64,000 nucleotides of DNA from Verrucomicrobiia bacterium (GTDB lineage: Bacteria > Verrucomicrobiota > Verrucomicrobiia > Limisphaerales > UBA11358): the NCBI GenBank assembly GCA_035546095.1, contig DASZXB010000073.1, positions 21,866 to 85,865 on the forward strand, read 5' to 3'. The position numbers and the translations under genes were made by a program. A model generated the notes under the pieces. That model searched no databases and was not told the origin of the DNA. It worked only from the letters and a program-made list of their open reading frames with translations. Numbering within the stretch: the stretch's first letter is position 1; each line of letters starts with the position of its first letter. This document shows, in pieces, positions 25,950 to 36,221 of this stretch.

Positions 25950-26546
25950 TTATTCCGGCATCTTCATCAACTCTTCGCCGGTCATCGGTTGCGGATGACC
26001 GCCGAGCGCGGCGCGCACGCCTTTGACATCGTCCGGCGTCACTTCACTGGCTTTGTTGCCCCAGGAATTGCGAACATAGGTCAGCACTGCGGCCAGATCG
26101 GAATCCGAAAGCGCCGCGCCCATCGCCGCCATGGACATATTCCAGTCCTTGCCTTCAACGCTAATGCTGCCGGAGATACCGGTGAGCGGAATGTGAATCA
26201 GGCGTTTGGTACCTTTGGCGTTGACCCATTCGGAACCGGCCAGCGGCGGCGCTTGTCCGGGCTTGCCCAAACCGTCCGCGCCGTGACACGCGCCGCAAAT
26301 CATCTCGTAATTGCGTTTGCCCTGCGCGAGCATGGCTGCCGCGCCGGATTTCGGCTGATACGCGTCCAGTTGTTCGGCGTTGGCGTAAGGCGCATAAACC
26401 TGCGCATTGAACCAGCCGCTGTGATGGTCAAAATAAACCGCGCCGAGAAACAGGAACAGCAGCAGCAAAGAGAAAATCCACATCGGCACGGTCGAAGCTT
26501 TCGTTTCGCCAGGCGTCGCGGATGGATTTTTAGGTTCGTCGCTCAT
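25950..26546 (-). CDS. membrane-anchored monoheme class I cytochrome c
   Basis: One TM helix plus 'CGACHGADGLG' and a distal Met region. ATGA overlap with the upstream gene. Confidence 0.8.
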   Translation of the reverse strand: MSDEPKNPSATPGETKASTVPMWIFSLLLLFLFLGAVYFDHHSGWFNAQVYAPYANAEQLDAYQPKSGAAAMLAQGKRNYEMICGACHGADGLGKPGQAPPLAGSEWVNAKGTKRLIHIPLTGISGSISVEGKDWNMSMAAMGAALSDSDLAAVLTYVRNSWGNKASEVTPDDVKGVRAALGGHPQPMTGEELMKMPE

Positions 26547-27271
26547 TTGGTCAAACTTGGCGGGGTGAACGGCGCGTCATACAACGGCACATCGGCGCGC
26601 AGGCTCAACAGATATGCCACCAGATTTTTGGCGTCTTCGGTCGGGATGACCTCGCCATTTTTTGTTTCAAACAGAAAACGGAACGGCGGCATGACGGAAT
26701 CCTTCACTCTGGATTTCGGGTCGTAAAGATGCGCGAATTCCCAAGCCGCGTCGTAACGCAATCCGATGTTCGCCAAATCCGGCCCGACACGGATGCTGCC
26801 AAGCTGCACCGGATCATCCCATAGAAAATCCTCGGCGACGCTGCGGCGGATGCCCCAGCGCGGAATATCCGAACCCGTGGCAATGATATGCGTCTCAGAT
26901 TTGCCACCGGCGGCAGTAATTTTGCCAGCGACGGAATCCGCTTCGTCTTTCGTGAGTCCGGTCAGTTTCAACGTAGAAACCAGATTGGAAACCACTTCGG
27001 GATTTTTTCCGGCGCTGGTCAACACGACGTCGCACGCAAATCCGCTTTGCTGAACTTGCGTGGTGTGACACGCGGCGCAGCCGAGCGAGCGATAGACCTG
27101 CAAACCCAGAGCGGCGTTTCCGGGACGTTGGAGCGGATAAATCTCGGACGAATTCAAAATTTGCGTCTGTTTGGCCGCACCCAATTGCAGCGCGGGTGCG
27201 AGCACAAAACCGCACCACGACGCGCCGAGCGCGATGAACGCCGCGACAAAAACCCGGAAACCGCTTTTCAT
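26543..27271 (-). CDS. CcoO (FixO)-like monoheme cytochrome c subunit
   Basis: 'GCAACH' and 'GPDLANIGLRYDAAWEFAHLYDPKS...SVMPPF' parallel the CcoO blocks 'GCVGCH' and 'GPDLARVGGRYSDDWH..HLYNPR...SKMPSY'. Confidence 0.8.
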   Translation of the reverse strand: MKSGFRVFVAAFIALGASWCGFVLAPALQLGAAKQTQILNSSEIYPLQRPGNAALGLQVYRSLGCAACHTTQVQQSGFACDVVLTSAGKNPEVVSNLVSTLKLTGLTKDEADSVAGKITAAGGKSETHIIATGSDIPRWGIRRSVAEDFLWDDPVQLGSIRVGPDLANIGLRYDAAWEFAHLYDPKSRVKDSVMPPFRFLFETKNGEVIPTEDAKNLVAYLLSLRADVPLYDAPFTPPSLTK

Positions 27272-28692
27272 GATTTCACCTCCGCGGTTTCCAGCGGTGC
27301 TTTCACGGCAGTGAGCAATGATTTAAGCAACGCCAGTTTCCATTTCAACGTCATGACAAAAATGTTCGCCGCCAGCAATAAACTGCCGAGCAGCAACAAC
27401 AAAATGCCCATCGTGCTGACGCGCAAAAACGGCAATTGAGTTTGAAAATCAAAATTATTCAATCCTTGTTTGATACCGCCGACGGCCAAAGACACCACCA
27501 GCAACGCGACACCGAGCATGAACAGCCAGTGTTGCAGGCGGACGAATTTCGGGAACGGCAATTCAAAATCCATCACGCGCGGCAGCAATTCATAAATCGC
27601 GCCGCAAATGACGATGGCGAAGAAGCCGAAAATCTGCAATTGCGTCTGCGCCGAGGTAAACCAAGTAAATCCCACAACGCGGCTGAAATGCGAACATCCG
27701 GTCGCAAGCAACAACACGCTCGATAAGAGAAAGGCAACTGTCCCAAATTTGATGTAACAAAATGGTCCGCCTTTGCATTGAACATTTGCGCCGCAAACAG
27801 TTTTGCCATAAACGACGGCGATGGCGATGAGCGGCAGAATCGTCAACAACGAGCCGACGAAACTTAATGCGGGCAGCCATGCTGGCACCGGCGCGCCTTG
27901 CGGAATGCCCAGCCATGTCCCGAACAGCATCAACGTCCAAAACGCGAATAGTGCGAAGTAATTTGGCAACGATTTGCCGGAAAATTTCGGCAGGAAATAA
28001 AATGCGATGCCGAGACCGACCAGCGCGAACCAGATGAACAACAGATTGTTCGCGAACCACCAGGCGATGACGGCTTGCGCGACGCCGCGCACGGGCCACG
28101 CGACCAGAAACAAATTCACCGTGGAATAAATCCACGGAAACCAAAACAGCGCGGCGAGCAAAAACCAATGCGCCGGTTGCAATTCCCGATTGCGCCGCGC
28201 GCCAAATGTGGCGACAGCGGAAATGGCAATGAGCACAAACGCGGCGAACAAAAGAACCGAACCGCCGCGCGGAAATTCGAGCCACTGAAAGCCCGTGCTG
28301 TCGCCAATCAAAATTCCGACAATACCGACAAACACGCCGAGATGCCAGATGTTCGCGGCAATAATCGGCACGAGCGGCAAAAACAATTCCGTCTCACTCA
28401 AGCGCGCAAAAATCCAGAGGATGACGCCGAGCGCGGCGGGAATGCAAAAGCCATAAACAATCGCGTCGTTGGCGGCGGGCTGCAGGCGTCCGTAAGTGAA
28501 CCACGCGCAATTTCCGAATTTCTCCGGCATATGAAACGTGAGCGAGGCAATCAGCGCGAGCAGCAAACCGACGATCAGCCACAACGCCGCGCCGCCGAAC
28601 AGTGCGAGCAACGGCACGCGACAGGATGCGTCAATGCGGCTCGCGGGGACGCTCGCCCCACCAGAAATTTCAGAATGTTCGTTTTCGTTCAT
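27268..28692 (-). CDS. CcoN-like (cbb3 oxidase subunit I homologue) membrane protein lacking the canonical His ligands
   Basis: The 474-aa protein is collinear with CcoN. 'YGRLQPAANDAIVYGF', 'AWWFANNLLF..FYFLPK' and 'FTSAQTQLQIFGFF' correspond to 'FGRLRPLHTNAVIFAF', 'WWYGHNAVGF..YYFVPK' and 'GHVHAGALGW'. No His occurs between residues 176 and 334. Confidence 0.8.
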   Translation of the reverse strand: MNENEHSEISGGASVPASRIDASCRVPLLALFGGAALWLIVGLLLALIASLTFHMPEKFGNCAWFTYGRLQPAANDAIVYGFCIPAALGVILWIFARLSETELFLPLVPIIAANIWHLGVFVGIVGILIGDSTGFQWLEFPRGGSVLLFAAFVLIAISAVATFGARRNRELQPAHWFLLAALFWFPWIYSTVNLFLVAWPVRGVAQAVIAWWFANNLLFIWFALVGLGIAFYFLPKFSGKSLPNYFALFAFWTLMLFGTWLGIPQGAPVPAWLPALSFVGSLLTILPLIAIAVVYGKTVCGANVQCKGGPFCYIKFGTVAFLLSSVLLLATGCSHFSRVVGFTWFTSAQTQLQIFGFFAIVICGAIYELLPRVMDFELPFPKFVRLQHWLFMLGVALLVVSLAVGGIKQGLNNFDFQTQLPFLRVSTMGILLLLLGSLLLAANIFVMTLKWKLALLKSLLTAVKAPLETAEVKS

Positions 28693-29069
28693 TCAAATTG
28701 GCTCGGTTTCTCCGGTTGTTTGGGCGCGGGCGCAGCGGCGCGTTCGGCGCGCGCGTTCAAATCAACCCGGGCTTGCGCGGGATTTTTCCATTTCTGCGCG
28801 GCGAGTTGCAGCGCGGTGTCAATCGGCAATCGCACGATGCCGCGCGACTGGTCAACCCAACCGACGGTTTCAAACGACGCGATTTCGTTGGTGTGAATTT
28901 CGTGCAACGCCTGCGAAATCGCCGTGGCGCGGTCAGCGTCAATGGCCGGAGTATTCGTCGAAAATTTCACAATCACGACCAGCACGATGAAAATCAAACT
29001 GGCGATGATGAAACCGATTGCCGCGCCGGACGCGCGATTTATTTTTATCAAATCCTGTTCGTCGCTCAT
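28689..29069 (-). CDS. 126-aa single-TM protein (hypothetical), coupled between actF and the CcoN-like gene
   Basis: TM helix 'AAIGFIIASLIFIVLVVIV'. 4-nt overlaps with both neighbours. Confidence 0.55.
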   Translation of the reverse strand: MSDEQDLIKINRASGAAIGFIIASLIFIVLVVIVKFSTNTPAIDADRATAISQALHEIHTNEIASFETVGWVDQSRGIVRLPIDTALQLAAQKWKNPAQARVDLNARAERAAAPAPKQPEKPSQFE

Positions 29070-30307
29070 TGCGCGCCTCCTTCCACCGGCAGCGTGTCCG
29101 GCATTTCATCAGGCTCATGACCGATGCCCATCGCTTCGAGCACGCGCGGGTCGCGTTGCGGATATGGCGGATGGCTGCGGAATTTTTTCAGGAACACGTG
29201 CGCCAGCAATCCAGCCATGAACGCAAACGTGCCGAAGTGCAGCCAAATCCATTTGAACGGATAATTGTGCGGATGCAACACGGGCAAAACATTGAACGCC
29301 AAATCCGCGAAATTCATCAGCCATGCCCACGCGCAAATCGGAATCATGATTTTGAAATTCATTTTGACGTGCGCCGGCAACAGCAAAACAAAGGGCAGAA
29401 AAAAGTGGCCGAAAATCAGCGCCATGCTCACCCACCACCACGAACCATTTTCGCGGATGAGATAAAAATATGTTTCCTCCGGCACGTTGCCGTTCCAGAC
29501 GACGAAGTATTGCGCGAATTCAAAATAAGCCTGCAACAACGTGAAGGCAAAAAAGAGCACGCCGAGAAAATAGAATTGATTGTCGTGCAACACGGGAGTC
29601 AAAATCCGCTGGCGTTGCAAAACCGCCGTGAGTATGTAGATGGTGGCCAGCGCAATCCAGCCGCACGAAGCAAACATATACAGGCCATACATCGTTGAAG
29701 ACCATTGGTATTCAAGCGAATTCATCCACAAAATCGGCGCGACGGTGACGGTGGCGGCGAAAGCCAGAATGCCCCAGCCGGAATGAAAACGCATTTTGCG
29801 CGTGCAAAGCGCATCGCCGGTCACATCCTGTCGCAATGACCAATAATTGATGCGCGCAGTCAACACCCACCAGATGCCGAAAAAGATGGCCGACGCGACG
29901 CAAAATCCCGGCAACGTGAACAAAAATCCTTTGGCGCTCACCGCACGGTCGTCCACCGGACTCAATGTCATCCACGGATAAATTTTTGACGCCAGCAAAA
30001 TGACCGGAATGAATAAAATGGCCAGCCACGGAAACAACAGCGAACCGATATGTTCACAAATCCGGCGCGTGGCGACCGACCAGCCGGCATCGGTCAAATG
30101 ATGGATGATGGCGAAAAACAATGCGCCCAGCGATAGCGTCAGGAAAAACAGGAACGACAACAGCCAGGCGTAGCCGAATTCGCGCGGGCTGGCGATGAGG
30201 CCGATGACCGACAGAATCGCGCCGATCACCATGAACACGACGGGCAGCTTGCGCCAGCCGGACAAATCCAGCGGCGGCGGCAATTCAGTTTTGTTTTGCG
30301 AACTCAT
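29066..30307 (-). CDS. actF: alternative complex III subunit ActF (polytopic membrane subunit)
   Basis: ~10-TM protein in the ActF position, directly after the monoheme ActE. Confidence 0.7.
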   Translation of the reverse strand: MSSQNKTELPPPLDLSGWRKLPVVFMVIGAILSVIGLIASPREFGYAWLLSFLFFLTLSLGALFFAIIHHLTDAGWSVATRRICEHIGSLLFPWLAILFIPVILLASKIYPWMTLSPVDDRAVSAKGFLFTLPGFCVASAIFFGIWWVLTARINYWSLRQDVTGDALCTRKMRFHSGWGILAFAATVTVAPILWMNSLEYQWSSTMYGLYMFASCGWIALATIYILTAVLQRQRILTPVLHDNQFYFLGVLFFAFTLLQAYFEFAQYFVVWNGNVPEETYFYLIRENGSWWWVSMALIFGHFFLPFVLLLPAHVKMNFKIMIPICAWAWLMNFADLAFNVLPVLHPHNYPFKWIWLHFGTFAFMAGLLAHVFLKKFRSHPPYPQRDPRVLEAMGIGHEPDEMPDTLPVEGGAQ

Positions 30308-30308
30308 T

Positions 30309-30971
30309 TTATTTCAACGCAGCTTGTTGTTGCGGCGATAAATCATTGGTCGAACCGAGCCAGCTTAATTGCAGCGCGCGCAAATACGCGACAATCGCCC
30401 AGCGGTCTTGCGCCGGAACAATCGGGCCATACGCGCCCATCGTGCTTTTGCCAAACGTGATGGTGTTGAAAATCTCGCCGTCGGCCATTTCCACGATGCG
30501 TTTGTCGTGCAGATTCGCAACTGCCGGCATGACACCAATTTTTTTGGTGATGCCGTTGCCGTCGCCGAGTTTGCCGTGACATGGCGCGCAATAAATATCG
30601 AAACGCTCGTGGCCACGCGCGAGCAATTCTAAATTCACCGGCAATGGATTCGTTTCCACAAAATTGGTCGTGCCGGTGATTTTGCCGGTATTGACCGGCG
30701 AATCTTCAAAGGAATACACCGCGCCGTTCACGGATTGAATCGGCTCGCTGCGCGCAACGGTTCCGGACGGCGGCAATTGCGAACTGATTCCGTTCGGCAT
30801 GAAATCGAACGGCTTTTGCGGGCGCAATTTCAACTGGCGATCCATGTCGGGAAAAACTTCAATCGGCGGTTTGCGCGACAATTCGCCACGAAAGCCGGCG
30901 ATGCCGACAATGGCCGCGCCGAGCGCCGCACCGACGAGACCGAGCGAAATGAGATGGCCGAGGTAGCGCAT
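30309..30971 (-). CDS. actE: alternative complex III monoheme cytochrome c subunit ActE
   Basis: N-terminal anchor and 'CAPCHGKLGDGNG'. In the expected position after ActD. Confidence 0.8.
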   Translation of the reverse strand: MRYLGHLISLGLVGAALGAAIVGIAGFRGELSRKPPIEVFPDMDRQLKLRPQKPFDFMPNGISSQLPPSGTVARSEPIQSVNGAVYSFEDSPVNTGKITGTTNFVETNPLPVNLELLARGHERFDIYCAPCHGKLGDGNGITKKIGVMPAVANLHDKRIVEMADGEIFNTITFGKSTMGAYGPIVPAQDRWAIVAYLRALQLSWLGSTNDLSPQQQAALK

Positions 30972-31510
30972 CAGTCGTTGTCCTCCACGAGTTCGATGTG
31001 CGCGCCGCCGATTTCTTCCAGCAGTTTGCGGGTTTCAGTTTCGGAAAATTTCGGGTCCAATGCGCCGATGACGAGGAAAAATTTGTCGCGTGAAACGAGT
31101 TCAAACCGTTTCTTGCCGAACAGCGGATGATGATGGCGCGGCAATTGATTGAGCGCGACCATCCCGATGAACGCGCCGAGCGCGGCGGCCAACACGAGCA
31201 AAATATACGACGGCACGACTGACATCGGCACACTGAACATCGGCTTGCCACCGATGAGAATCGGATAGTCAAAGGTGTTGCAATACCAAATCAATCCCAT
31301 CGTGCCGATAAATGCGCCCGCGCCGAACACGAGCGAAAACGCGCCGACTTTGGAATTTTTGAATCCCATCACTTTGTCCAAACCGTGAATCGGGAACGGC
31401 GAAAAAACGTCCCAGCGATGATAGCCGGCGTCGCGCACTTTTTCCGCCGCGCTCAAAATGGAAGCCGCCGAATCGAATTCCGCGATGAGGCCGTAAGTTT
31501 TTGCGCTCAC
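30971..31510 (-). CDS. actD: alternative complex III membrane subunit ActD (DUF3341)
   Basis: 'YGLIAEFDSAASILSAAEKVRDAGYHRWDVFSPFPIHGL' is the DUF3341 pattern. The GTG start at 31510 overlaps the actC stop. The longer track ORF is a spurious extension. Confidence 0.8.
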   Translation of the reverse strand: MSAKTYGLIAEFDSAASILSAAEKVRDAGYHRWDVFSPFPIHGLDKVMGFKNSKVGAFSLVFGAGAFIGTMGLIWYCNTFDYPILIGGKPMFSVPMSVVPSYILLVLAAALGAFIGMVALNQLPRHHHPLFGKKRFELVSRDKFFLVIGALDPKFSETETRKLLEEIGGAHIELVEDND

Positions 31511-32919
31511 GATTTGCCTCCTTTCGCAACCGGATGCGGATTGGCCTGTGGCGTGACCGCTTTGACTTCCGAAACCGGAATCATTGGCAGGAAACGCACG
31601 AACAACAAATACAACATGAAAAATGCGCCGAGCGTGCCGAGGTAAACGCCCGCGTCCACCCACGTCGGGTAATAAACGCCCCAGTTGGCCGGCAGAAAAT
31701 CCTGATAGAGCGAACCGACGATGATGACAAATCGCTCGAACCACATGCCGATGTTCAACAACAAGGCAATGATGAAAACCACCAAAAGATTTTGCCGGAC
31801 TTTTTTGATCCAGAGCAATTGCGGCAGCGAGGCGTTGATGCAAATCATAATCCAGCCGCCATACCAGTATTGGTGGCCGAACATGCGATGGCCGAAAACC
31901 CACGAGTCGTAAGGATTGCCGGAATACCATGCGATGAAAAATTCAATCACGTAAATGTAACCCATGATGCAGGCCATCATCAGCGTCATTTTGCAAATCT
32001 TGTCAATGTGCGCCATCGTAATGATGTCTTCGAGATGGCACCATTTCCGCAGCGGAATCAACAGCACCAGCACCATGCCGAAGCCGCAGCACACCGCGCC
32101 GGCGACGAAATAGAACGGGAAAATCGTTTCGTGCCAGCCGGCAATTTGCGCCGTGGCGAAGTCCATGCCGACGATGGAACTGACGGTGAACACCAGCAAC
32201 GTCGCCAACCCGGACAACACGAGATACGCTTTTTCGTAATTGTGCCATTGTCGCGCCGAGCCAGTCCAGCCGAGCGCGAACAAACCGTAAAGGAATTTTT
32301 TCACGCGCGTTTTCGAGCGGTCGCGCATCAACGCCAAATCGGGAATCAAACCCATATACCAAAACGTCGTCGAGACGATGAGGTAAGTGTTGACGGCGAA
32401 AACGTCCCACATGAGCGGCGAACGGAATTGCGGCCAAAGGCCGTTTGAGGTCGGCACCGGAAACATGAACCAGTCGAACCACTCGCGTCCGACGTGAATG
32501 GCCGGATACATTCCCGCCATCGCGACCGAGAAAACGGTCATCGCTTCCGCCGCGCGACCAATCGGATTGCGCCAATGCTGCCGTGTCAGAAATAACATCG
32601 CGGAAATCAAAGTGCCCGCGTGCGCGACACCGACCCACCAGACGAAATTGATAATGTCCCAGCCCCACATGACCGGCGCGTTATTACCCCACACGCCGAC
32701 GCCGACCGAAATTTTGTAAATCAGCGAAACTGGCAAAATGACCGCTGCGCCAAACGCCGCCGGCAAAAACAAAACCCACCACCACAACGGCGTTTTGCCC
32801 TCGTTAAACGCCGTGAGTTTATCGGTCAGCCAGCCGAGGCTGCGATTCGGCACAGCTTCCATGCGTCGCAATTCCGCCGGCGGCGCGAGTGATTCCAGAT
32901 TGGTTACGGATTCAGCCAT
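31507..32919 (-). CDS. actC: alternative complex III NrfD/PsrC-like quinol-interacting membrane subunit ActC
   Basis: 470 aa, ~10 TM helices, NrfD-like. Immediately follows actB. Confidence 0.85.
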   Translation of the reverse strand: MAESVTNLESLAPPAELRRMEAVPNRSLGWLTDKLTAFNEGKTPLWWWVLFLPAAFGAAVILPVSLIYKISVGVGVWGNNAPVMWGWDIINFVWWVGVAHAGTLISAMLFLTRQHWRNPIGRAAEAMTVFSVAMAGMYPAIHVGREWFDWFMFPVPTSNGLWPQFRSPLMWDVFAVNTYLIVSTTFWYMGLIPDLALMRDRSKTRVKKFLYGLFALGWTGSARQWHNYEKAYLVLSGLATLLVFTVSSIVGMDFATAQIAGWHETIFPFYFVAGAVCCGFGMVLVLLIPLRKWCHLEDIITMAHIDKICKMTLMMACIMGYIYVIEFFIAWYSGNPYDSWVFGHRMFGHQYWYGGWIMICINASLPQLLWIKKVRQNLLVVFIIALLLNIGMWFERFVIIVGSLYQDFLPANWGVYYPTWVDAGVYLGTLGAFFMLYLLFVRFLPMIPVSEVKAVTPQANPHPVAKGGKS

Positions 32920-35900
32920 TAACTGTTTCCTTTCTCGGCGGCGTGAAATTCTCCGCCGCGATTTTCATATTCCTCCATGCTGTAAGGCGCGTGATAATCC
33001 GGCATCGCCGGATTCGGATTGCGAACGCGCGCCAAATAAGTCGTGCGCGGTTTCGTCAGTAATTCGCCGAGCACGGAATAATTGCGCGGCTGCGATTTCC
33101 ATTTTGAAACCGTGCTGTCCGAGTCGCTGATGTCGCCAAAGACAATCGCGCCCGCCGGACATGCCTGCTGGCACGCTGTTTTGGGAATTGTGCCTTCCGA
33201 TTCCTTCAAGCGAATGTTGCCGCTCGCGCCGGCTTTCACTTTTTGCGCGATTTCCGCCTGCTGAATGCGCTGGACGCAATAGGTGCATTTTTCCATCACA
33301 CCGCGCATCCGCACCGTCACGTCCGGGTTCTTGACCATCTTGATCAAATCCCATTCGTCTTCCTCGCGCATTCCACTCGCTTCCGGCGCTTTGAACCAGC
33401 TTAACAAATCCCATTTGCCGTCCGTTTTATTCAAAAGCGGCGTTGGATAAAACGGTCCTTTCAGCGCGCTGGCCGGACGTTTGCTGTAATCGAAATAATT
33501 GAACCGGCGAACTTTGTAAGGGCAATTGTTCGAGCAATAACGCGTGCCGATGCAACGATTGTAAGTCATCACGTTGAGGCCTTCCTCATCGTGCGACGTG
33601 GCGTTGACCGGACAAACGTTTTCGCACGGCGCGGCTTCGCACATCTGGCAAAGCATCGGCTGGCTCACCGCCTGCACATCGTCAATCCATTCCGCGAATT
33701 GCTGCTCCGCGTCAGTCTGGTTCATGTCCGCGTTCGGATCAAACAAGCTGCGATTGTTTTGCCGTTTCGGGTCGCTCGTGTAATAACGGTCAATCCGCAG
33801 CCAGTGCATTTCGCGACCACGACTGACCTGATCTTTGCCGACAATCGGAATGTTATTTTCGCTCTGGCACGCGACCACGCAGGTGTTGCAGCCAACGCAC
33901 GAATTCAAATCCACGACCAAACCCCATTGATGCAACGCTGTTTTTTTCGCCTCATCGAACGGATTCGGATAAAGTGATTTGACGACCGGCGGTTCTTTGT
34001 CGTGCATTTCCTGCGCGAAATCAGGATTCTTGGAAAATTCTTCGAGATTCGCCTCGCGCACCGCCGGACGACCTTCCATGCTCCAATGCGATTGCGTCGT
34101 CGCAATCACATAAGTCTCGCCGGTCTTTTTAATTGCCGCACCCGTCTCGATATATTTGCCGGAGAAAATTTTGTAAGCGTTGAACCCGACACCCGTGCCG
34201 ACGCGCCCGGCGCGTTCGCGACCGTAACCCAGCGCGAGTCCCAGCGAATAATCCGCCATGCCCGGCTGCGTCCAAATCGGCCCTTTGACACTTTTCCCGT
34301 TCAACGAAATCTCAACAATATCGCCGTTTTGCACGCCAAGTTCACGCGCCGTTTTGCGGCTGACGAGCACCGCGTTGTCCCAAGTGATTTTCGTGACCGG
34401 GTCGGGCAATTCCTGCATCCAGCCGTTGTTTGCGTAACGGCCATCGTCCACTTTCGCATCGCGGAAGAAAATGACTTCGAGATGGTCTTTTGAAACAGGC
34501 ACGGTTTTTTCCCTGCTTGCCTTCGCCAATTCAATGGCGATATTCCGTGTCTGACCCAGAAGAGAAGCGTTCGCAAGACTCGCTTTGCCATCCGAATTAA
34601 ATCCGTTAAACAAAAATTTCTTCCAGCTTTCTTCCGAGCCGCCAAAAGTTGCCTGAACAATTTCGTAAGGATTTGTTTGTGATTCGCCGGCAACACGCGC
34701 CAAAAATTCCAATTCCGTCAGTCCGCCAAACAATGGCTGAATCAACGGTTGAATTGGAACAAGCGTGCCGTCACTCGTCGTTGCATCGCCCCACGATTCT
34801 AAATAATGCGCGGCGGGAAAAAAGAAATCGCTAATTACCGAAGTTTCGTCTTCGTAATAACCAAACTGAATAACAGTATTTGGTTTCGGTGTGTTTCCAT
34901 CTCCCAAACCTTTGGGAAAACCGTCCAAATTGTAAGTTGGATTACTTCCAAGGACGACGAGCGTTTCTACATTTGTATGATTGAGCAATTCCAAATCTGC
35001 GGAAGAATTTTCTTCCGCTGAAATCAAAGTCACCGTATTGCCAATCGCGCCGAGCGCAGAATTGATGGCGTGAGCGAGCAGATGAACTTCCAGCGGCTGA
35101 CGCTGACCGGCAACGACCAAAGCATTTTTTCCTGCTGCAACCAAATCTTTTGCACACTCAGAAATCCATTTGGCACCAGTTTTACCTCTAACGGCTGCTG
35201 GGGTCACATCGTTGTCACGCGGCCAAACTGAATGAGCCAATTCGGCATTTACCCGACTGCCAATTGCGAAACCGATTTCTTTTGCGATCTGAAAAATTTC
35301 GCTCGCCGCCACGCGCAACCGATGATCCGCATTCGCGCCGGTCAAAGTGAACAGCGATTCGACCGAATAAAGCCGGCTCATCCCCTCGCCCGCCTTGCGG
35401 CCTTGGGCAAATTTGCGGATGTGATTGTGCGCGTCGTCTTCCGTGCCGAGAAAATCGCAGTCGAGCGACAAAATGACTTTCGCCTTGTCGAAATTGAAAA
35501 TCGGTTTAACCGGCTGGCCGAATGCCTGCGTCGCCGCGCGTTGATGAATGCCGGAATCAATCGCGTCGTAAGTGAACCATTTTGATTGCGAGAATTTCTG
35601 CGCGATGATTTTTTGCAGCCGCGCGCGCGAAGGCGACGTGCTGCTTTCCGCCAGAAACGCCAAACCTTCGCCCTGATTCGCAGAAAATTTTTGCGACAAA
35701 TCATCAAGAAATTTCAATGCTTCCTCGCGCGAAACCGTTTTGCCGTCTTTGGCAAATCTTTTGGCGCGGTCGGGGTCGTAAAGATTCAGGATTGAAGCCT
35801 GCGCGTAACGGTCAGTGCCGCCGTTGCTGCCGGGGAAAAGTGAATTGCCTTCAATCTTAATCGGACGGCCATCGTAAGATTTGACGACGAGCGGAATCGC

Positions 35901-36221
35901 GCCGGTGCGCGTGGGCATTGCTGTCGCGTAATACTCCGGTTTGCCGTAAATATAATCGGGCTGCGGCTGTTGGCCGAACGGTTCTAATTTTTCTTCCGGT
36001 CGCCGACAGCCCGCGCCAAGTGTCGCCACACCGGCAAAGGCAAACGACGCGGCCATGATTTTTAGAAAATGACGACGATTCTGCCCGTCCAACTCGCTTG
36101 CGCCTTGCGGAAATTCGCGATGCAACCATTCTTTGAACTCCGGCGTGTCCGCCAGTTCATCCAGACTGCGCCAATAACGGCGGCCATTTGCGTTTGTCGG
36201 AGTTGTGGGAGTTGAATTCAT
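32919..36221 (-). CDS. actB: alternative complex III subunit ActB (molybdopterin-oxidoreductase-like domain fused to a 4Fe-4S ferredoxin domain)
   Basis: Tat signal '[16 protein letters not shown]'. The C-terminal half carries '[15 protein letters not shown]', '[14 protein letters not shown]' and '[12 protein letters not shown]'. The ATG at 36221 overlaps the actA stop. Confidence 0.9.
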   Translation of the reverse strand: MNSTPTTPTNANGRRYWRSLDELADTPEFKEWLHREFPQGASELDGQNRRHFLKIMAASFAFAGVATLGAGCRRPEEKLEPFGQQPQPDYIYGKPEYYATAMPTRTGAIPLVVKSYDGRPIKIEGNSLFPGSNGGTDRYAQASILNLYDPDRAKRFAKDGKTVSREEALKFLDDLSQKFSANQGEGLAFLAESSTSPSRARLQKIIAQKFSQSKWFTYDAIDSGIHQRAATQAFGQPVKPIFNFDKAKVILSLDCDFLGTEDDAHNHIRKFAQGRKAGEGMSRLYSVESLFTLTGANADHRLRVAASEIFQIAKEIGFAIGSRVNAELAHSVWPRDNDVTPAAVRGKTGAKWISECAKDLVAAGKNALVVAGQRQPLEVHLLAHAINSALGAIGNTVTLISAEENSSADLELLNHTNVETLVVLGSNPTYNLDGFPKGLGDGNTPKPNTVIQFGYYEDETSVISDFFFPAAHYLESWGDATTSDGTLVPIQPLIQPLFGGLTELEFLARVAGESQTNPYEIVQATFGGSEESWKKFLFNGFNSDGKASLANASLLGQTRNIAIELAKASREKTVPVSKDHLEVIFFRDAKVDDGRYANNGWMQELPDPVTKITWDNAVLVSRKTARELGVQNGDIVEISLNGKSVKGPIWTQPGMADYSLGLALGYGRERAGRVGTGVGFNAYKIFSGKYIETGAAIKKTGETYVIATTQSHWSMEGRPAVREANLEEFSKNPDFAQEMHDKEPPVVKSLYPNPFDEAKKTALHQWGLVVDLNSCVGCNTCVVACQSENNIPIVGKDQVSRGREMHWLRIDRYYTSDPKRQNNRSLFDPNADMNQTDAEQQFAEWIDDVQAVSQPMLCQMCEAAPCENVCPVNATSHDEEGLNVMTYNRCIGTRYCSNNCPYKVRRFNYFDYSKRPASALKGPFYPTPLLNKTDGKWDLLSWFKAPEASGMREEDEWDLIKMVKNPDVTVRMRGVMEKCTYCVQRIQQAEIAQKVKAGASGNIRLKESEGTIPKTACQQACPAGAIVFGDISDSDSTVSKWKSQPRNYSVLGELLTKPRTTYLARVRNPNPAMPDYHAPYSMEEYENRGGEFHAAEKGNS

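Noticed and set aside
27268-28692. Interpretation of the His-less CcoN-like gene as a simple pseudogene
   Set aside because: The frame is uninterrupted over 474 codons. The TM-segment pattern and non-ligand CcoN blocks are retained, and both gene ends overlap neighbours by 4 nt. This fits a functional but non-catalytic protein better, although only comparative dN/dS can settle it.
25887-32448. Several 170-315-aa plus-strand ORFs (25887-26726, 26888-27439, 28075-28896, 29018-29698, 31501-32448)
   Set aside because: All are antisense to the tightly packed respiratory operon, and their products have Arg/Gln/His-rich compositions.
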